Shown here piece after piece: positions 58,046-64,000 of a stretch of 64,000 nucleotides of DNA. Every line of letters begins with the position of its first letter. The first letter of the stretch is position 1. Below the pieces are notes generated by a model that was not told the DNA's origin, did not search any database, and saw nothing but the letters and a program-made list of their open reading frames with translations. A program made the translations under genes and the position numbers. The stretch is taken from the NCBI GenBank assembly GCA_951406725.2, contig OX597823.1, positions 32,488,001-32,552,000 on the forward strand, written 5' to 3'. This DNA is from Octopus vulgaris. Its lineage: Eukaryota.

Positions 58046-58822
58046 TATATTGAACTGCCTTCAGTATTTTGTTCATTTAATTCACATTCTCTGCTGTCTG
58101 TGGAGCCTGGCACAGCCTTCTGGCTTGCCAGTCCTCAGTCAAACTGTCCAACCCATGCCAGCATAGAAAGCAGATGTTAAACGATGAATATGATAATGAT
58201 GATAATTGTAATTTTCATATTTAGTTTTGTCATTTTTAGTATATCATCATCATTATCATCATCTTCATCCTCATTATTATTATTATTATTATTGAGTGAG
58301 AGTACAACTCATGCCATCAGTGACACGGGTACAAATATATACGCATCATGACTAACTGTCTGATAAGGGTACACCAGGCACATGCATTACAACCATACTT
58401 GTGCAACATGATGACCTCATATCAAGATATACAGAACATAACCTTGCAGATGGGGCCCAGTTAGAAGTTTGAGTAGCCCATCTTGCTCAAAATGTCCCTG
58501 AAAAGGATTGAAACATCCATGTTTCCAAAGGTGAGTTATTCAAACCCCAAAGAATTCCTCTCAACACATGGCTGTGATGCTCCCCCACTACTTTTTGTGA
58601 TCAGAGATGCACGTATAGTCAGCCAAGGGACATGCTCAACTGGTTATGGTCAAGCAACTGACAAGCAAATCTGTGATATTGAGCAGAATATTTGCTGTAG
58701 CCCACCTCTTACACCAAGACAAAACATGTATATGTTAACACTTCCAATCAGTTAAGATCAGAAGCCATGAGAGTCACTGTCTGGTACTGCATCAAGGCAT
58801 TTATTATTATCATTATTATTAT

Positions 58823-59608
58823 AAGGCAGTGAGCTGGCAGAAGCCTTAGCATGCTGGGCAAAATGCTTAGCGGTGTTTCATCTGTCTTTTCATTCTGAGT
58901 TCAAATTCCGCTGAGGTCGACTTTGCCTTTCATCTTTTTGGGGTCGATAAATTAAGTACTAGTTGCATACAGGGGGAGTCTAATTGACTGGTCCCCTTCC
59001 CCAAAATTTCAGGTCTTGTGCCTAGAGTAGAAAAGATCATTATTATTATTATGATTATTATTACAAGGCGAGCTGGTAGAACTGTTGGCATGTTGGATGA
59101 AATGCTTAGTGGCATTTTGACCATCTTTATATTCTGTGTGCAAGTTCCACCAAATTCGACTTTACCTTTCAGGATTGATGAAATAGATACCAGTCATGTA
59201 CTGGAGTCACTATAATCAACTTACCCCTTCCACAAAATTTCAGGCCTTATGCCTATAGCGGAAAGAATTTTCAGGCCTTGTGTCTATAAGAGAAATGATT
59301 ATTATTAAGATGCCAAGCTGACCAAATCATTAGCATGAGAGCTGAAATGCTTAGCAGCGTTTCTAAATACTGCCACGGTCGACCTTGCCTTTCATCCTGT
59401 TTTGGAGTTGATAAAATAAAATACTAGTCAAGTACTGCGGATTGAAGTAATTGGCTCATCCTCTCTCACTAAAATTACTTATGTTTGAAACTTTGAAACA
59501 CCTGCCAGGTAAAATGTTTCACAGCATTTCTTCTTGCTTTATGTTCTGGGTTCAAATTCCACTGAGGGCATCTTTACCATTTATCCTTTCAGGATCAATA
59601 AAATAAAT
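58823..59608 (+). mobile_element. Tandem cluster of about four SINE family B copies of differing divergence
   Basis: Units start at about 58823, 59066, 59307 and 59500; the first ones are separated by (ATT)n. Confidence 0.75.
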
Positions 59609-59609
59609 A

Positions 59610-59892
59610 TCTACTATAGCCTCAGGCCAACCAAAGCCTTGTGAGTGGATTTGGTAGACGGAAACTGAAAGAAGCCCATCATATATATATATATATATTT
59701 GTGTGTCTGTGTTTGTCCCCCCAACATCACTTGACAACCGATGCTGGTGTGTTTATATCCCCGTAACTTAGTGGTTCAGCAAAAGCAACCTATAGAATAA
59801 GTACTAGGCTTACAAAGAATAAGTCCTGGGGTTGATTTGCTCGACTAAAGGCGGTGTTCTAGCATGGCCACAGTCAAATGACTGAAACAAAT
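59610..59892 (+). mobile_element. SINE family A, 5'-truncated copy
   Basis: Starts at tctactatagcctcaggcc and matches the body and tail. Confidence 0.8.
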
Positions 59893-60302
59893 AATATAAT
59901 AATAGGATGACTGATTCTAACAAATAATAATGAAATTTAGGCACTATTTTTTTAGTGACACAGGAATAAGAAAGTTTCAAATTTAACACTTACCTAGATA
60001 TCAACTATAAACAAGTTGAAGTTTGGAATCAAAATCATTCTTCTTGAAGTCAGTATTCACAACTGAAATATGACAGCCAACAAACATCCACCCACCATAA
60101 AAAAAAAGTTATAGTACTGCTGCATATATAAGGATTGATCTCTATCCGTTGAGGTATTATTTTGCAGTGAAATCCACATATAAAGAAAGTGCTGCATGTG
60201 GCACATGCCAAATTTGTGGGTGAAAGGCAAAACATCAATAAATATGTAGACAAGATAAAAACGTTATATGAAAAATATCAGATAAGCTCTTTAATCTCAA
60301 TC

Positions 60303-60446
60303 CCTTCTTTGATTAACTATTAAATCCCAGTTTTTCATTTGGTTAACTATTCAATCCTGACTTTTCTTTGGCTAACTATTAAATCCCAGTTCTTTCTTTT
60401 AAGTATTTAATCCCAACACCTTCTTTGATTAACTATTAAATTCTGA
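60303..60446. repeat. Short tandem array, unit about 30 bp (ttctttgattaactattaaatcccag), about 5 copies
   Basis: Directly visible; single related units near 53430 and 53545. Confidence 0.7.
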
Positions 60447-61511
60447 CCCTATATTTTATCTCTCAGAAACAAATAGCTAAGGGTTACTCCATTGACATCT
60501 TCATTTTTCAGATTAAATGGCTTCTTTTTCTTTTATTTTCATTTTGAGCAAATATTTATCGAATTTAATTTTTATCCCTTTCATAATCCCTTTCATTCCA
60601 TATTCACCCTGTAGCATATAAGGCTAATAAATGTAGTAGTGATGATAATAATGATAATATTAATAATAATAACAACAACAACAATCATAATATATTTGAT
60701 ATTTTAATTAAATTAATTTTTTTAATCCAATCCATTAATGGATTTCTGAAACAATTTTTTATTTGTTCTTGTTTGGTGTTTGATATTTTACCGTTTCATT
60801 GATTAAGAAATCTTAAAACTTATTGTGGAATATTCGTCAGGAAACTGAAGAATATTGAAATATTCACATAATAATATGAGACTTTATGTGTTTAATAACA
60901 CAAATGACTGCTGAAAAATGATTCCATACTTTCAGACATAAGCGAGGTGACAAAATGATGTTTTTAATCTGTATTATCGTTATAAATCTGAATTTCAGAA
61001 AATTTCAAAGAAATAATATCTTTTCATTATAACAATGTAAAATTGTGAGCTGAATATTACTGACAGCAATGAAAAGCTATTGGACTCAACCTAATGACCT
61101 CAGGGTCATCAGGTTAAAGTCTCTGCAGGTATTTCATTGTATCTGAGCAGAAGACTTATTCTTAGTGCCTCGTTTCAGTTATTACAGCCACAGGATATTA
61201 TGAGCATAGTCATGCAGTCTTAGGTTCAATCCCACTGCTTGGTATCATAAGCAAGTTTCTTCTTTTATATCCTCAGGCTGACTAATGCCCTGTGAACAAA
61301 ATTGGTAGGTGGAAATTGTGCAGAAAATTTTCACATACACACACACAGGGGGAGGGCAAAAGTCTTGAAGCATAAAAATACAGTTGGTGCGTCAGTTGAA
61401 GCCACCAGATTATGCCCACAGATCACAAAATGCAATCAAGTTTCATTAGTCTTGCTCTCCCGCATGATTGCTTCCAAGTCTGCTCACCTTGATTCCTACA
61501 TACACACACGT

Positions 61512-61663
61512 GGGTTTGTGGTAAGTAGCTTGCTTACCAGCCACATGGTTCTGGGTTCAGTCCCACTGTGTGGCACCTGGGGCAAGTGTCTTCTACTATA
61601 GTCTTGGGCCGACCAAAGCCTTGTGAGTGGATTTAGTCGACGGAAACTGAAAGAAGCCTGTTG

Positions 61664-61703
<40 letters not shown>

Positions 61704-61885
61704 TATGTTTGTCCCCCCACCCAACATCGCTTGACAACTGATGGTGGTGTGTTTACGTCCCCATAAGTTAGCAGTTTGTCAAAAGAGACCGATAGAATAA
61801 GTACTAGGCTTACAAAGAATAAGTCCTCGACTAAAGGTGGTGCTCCAACATGGCCACAGTCGGATGACTGAAACATGTAAAATAG
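61512..61885 (+). mobile_element. SINE family A copy
   Basis: Same head, body and tail. Shorter fragments also occur near 2395-2470, 7712-7872, 14515-14632, 15870-16010, 19271-19400 and 20900-20995. Confidence 0.85.
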
Positions 61886-64000
61886 TAAACTGATGGACAC
61901 GTGATGTGTATGGAGGAGGAGAGCTGTATAAAGAAGCAGTGCATATTCAAAATGAATGGAACTTGTAAAGCAGGAAGCCAAGAAAGACTTGGACAGAACA
62001 GTGAAGACAGATGTGAAGTTGTTACATTTTATGCAAGAGGTGACAAGCATGTTGACTGGTGACATGTTGGATGGGAGAAGACCTACCTATCTAGGCATGG
62101 TGAAGCAGGTTTTAAAATTGTGTTTATAGATGTGTGTGTGTAGGTAGATAGATAGACAGTGTGTGTGTAGGTAGATAGATAGATAGATAGAAAGCCAGCT
62201 TCTTATCCAGCGACATTAAACTTCATATCAACCTGGAGTTCATGTCTTGTTGCCTTCTCCAGACATCAAGTTTAAAAAATACTGTTTCTTGAAGACTTTG
62301 TGTGTCTATTACTGACAATTGAAGAAATTAAAACATGTAGAATTAAGTGTCCTGTCCAGCAATATAATGAAATACCTGTAACATATCTGAATTTACAATT
62401 TATAAGATGATTTTTCGAGTTACTTCTCTAATAATTTCACCTCATCAATCCTGTTGATATATATTTTTTTCACAATATTCTGGTGAAAAGTTTCACAGTA
62501 GTTATTAATTAAATTATGATGATTAATCATTGTTGAAAAATTTCTTTAAAAGAATGTTTCTGTTTTTACTTAAAACTTTACTAATTAAAATAACTTCAAT
62601 TAAATTATCTGTGTCTTATTACTCAATATATTAACTCTGCTCATGTAGAACAGCTTTATTAAATCCTACCAAATATTATAATGTATCCTTCTGAAGTAAG
62701 GGACTTCACTTACCTCCTCCAACATCACCCTGGGGTCTATGTAATGTTTTAGCACAGCTGTTTTGGCTTTGTTGATTAGACACTGACTTATTTGACATTA
62801 AACATTTCAATGTTTCTCTTGTTTCCTCTCTCTCTCTTTCTCTCTCTTTTTATGTGTGTGAGCATCTAATTATGTTTTATATATGTCCCCCCCTCTCTCT
62901 CTCTCCCCCTCCTTCTCTCTCTCTAAGTGTATATTTCTGTACTTGCATGCATGTGTGTGCGTTTGCCTCCAGTGCCAAAACATACTGTTACTAAAACAGT
63001 TTGAATGTCCAGTTAGCTGAACCAAATTCTTAGCATCCAAACAGTTGCGCCCATTTGTCTCATTCCTCTTCTAGAGATAGATACATCCAAATTGTTTGCA
63101 ATCCTAGAAACTCTGCAACAGCAGTGTTTCAGTGATGGTTATAATGGATATAGCATTTTTACTGAAGTGTGATAAATTCATACCACAGTACAAACATTGT
63201 GCAGAGTCCTGTTAAGTAACCATAAGACGATCAGTAGTTTTTTGGCACCTGAACGTTGTAGCACATGAGCATTGCATTCAACCTGCTGAGTTCCTGCAAA
63301 AAGTCAGTCTCTCTTCATTGTGTGCATTTCTCGCTTGGGTTTGTTGTCTACAGACAGTTTTGTATACTTGCATATTGTTATGACTCTTATACAAGTAAAA
63401 TGAGTTACAAGTTCTTTTCTATCTTCACTGGAACCTTGTGGGCTATATTTATTTAGTCTGCTACTCAAGGCCCTAATAACAACCACAGTTACAGTCAGAA
63501 TGCTATCCTCTTCTGGCAGGTGAGAGAGAACATAACCGCATCAAATATGAAATCCTTTGATTAGAAGCTTCATGATTAATAAGTTGTGAAATCAAATACT
63601 TCTGCTTTAGACTGACTGGATGAATGAAAAACAAGTATCATTTATTTATATCTTGTATTGTCATCACCACTTGACTGCACAGTGGTGTTTCAGAGTAAGA
63701 AAAGTTGGGAATGGCTATGATATCCACACCACAAACTAGTTACCAACAATGCCATCAGACACCAACTGTCACACACACAAACATAGGTTAAAAGTTTTGT
63801 TAAGGTGGTGAAAGGCGATAGTACAAGTGACCCTGATTTTGCCACTAGCTAAGTTCAGAGGAGACAGGGTCGGTCATTAAGTAGAAGAGACAAGAGAAAT
63901 GGTTGTAGTGTGTTGGTAAATGGATATTTACTGAGGATGTTGTAGTAGTGGAAGAAAAGACAGGAAGGAATAACAGTGTCTGTGAGTCAGTGCAGTTGCA

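Noticed and set aside
61496-62065. 189-aa minus-strand ORF
   Set aside because: It runs across a SINE family A copy and an adjacent LINE-like fragment; a chimeric repeat translation.
39877-64000. A second hSH3 domain or a second gene downstream
   Set aside because: No exon with SH3 or other recognisable host-protein motifs was found on either strand; very short exons cannot be excluded.

Overview
AT-rich, microsatellite-dense animal genomic DNA. The SINE/LINE repertoire points to a coleoid cephalopod, probably Octopus (inference). One protein-coding gene on the + strand can be rebuilt by hand: ten phase-compatible GT-AG exons between 12217 and 39876 (about 521 aa, initiator exon not located). 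It encodes an FYB/ADAP-family adaptor with an N-terminal VSALKARF motif, a low-complexity region, a PPPPRKP motif, YDDI/YDDL motifs, a K/E coiled coil and one helically extended SH3 domain. Almost all other ORFs in the supplied track are microsatellite or repeat artefacts. The rest is transposon-derived: several tRNA-derived SINE families, RTE and CR1-type LINE relics, Tc1/mariner, piggyBac-type and hAT-type MITEs, and a decayed Ty3/Gypsy pol. The most striking signal is an interspersed element with six insertions. It joins a Pol III tRNA-like head to a Penelope-type minimal hammerhead ribozyme and always occurs as an inverted (fold-back) pair. Several further unrelated hammerhead-bearing or hammerhead-truncated hairpins also occur in the window. 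Repeat boundaries were read by eye and are approximate.
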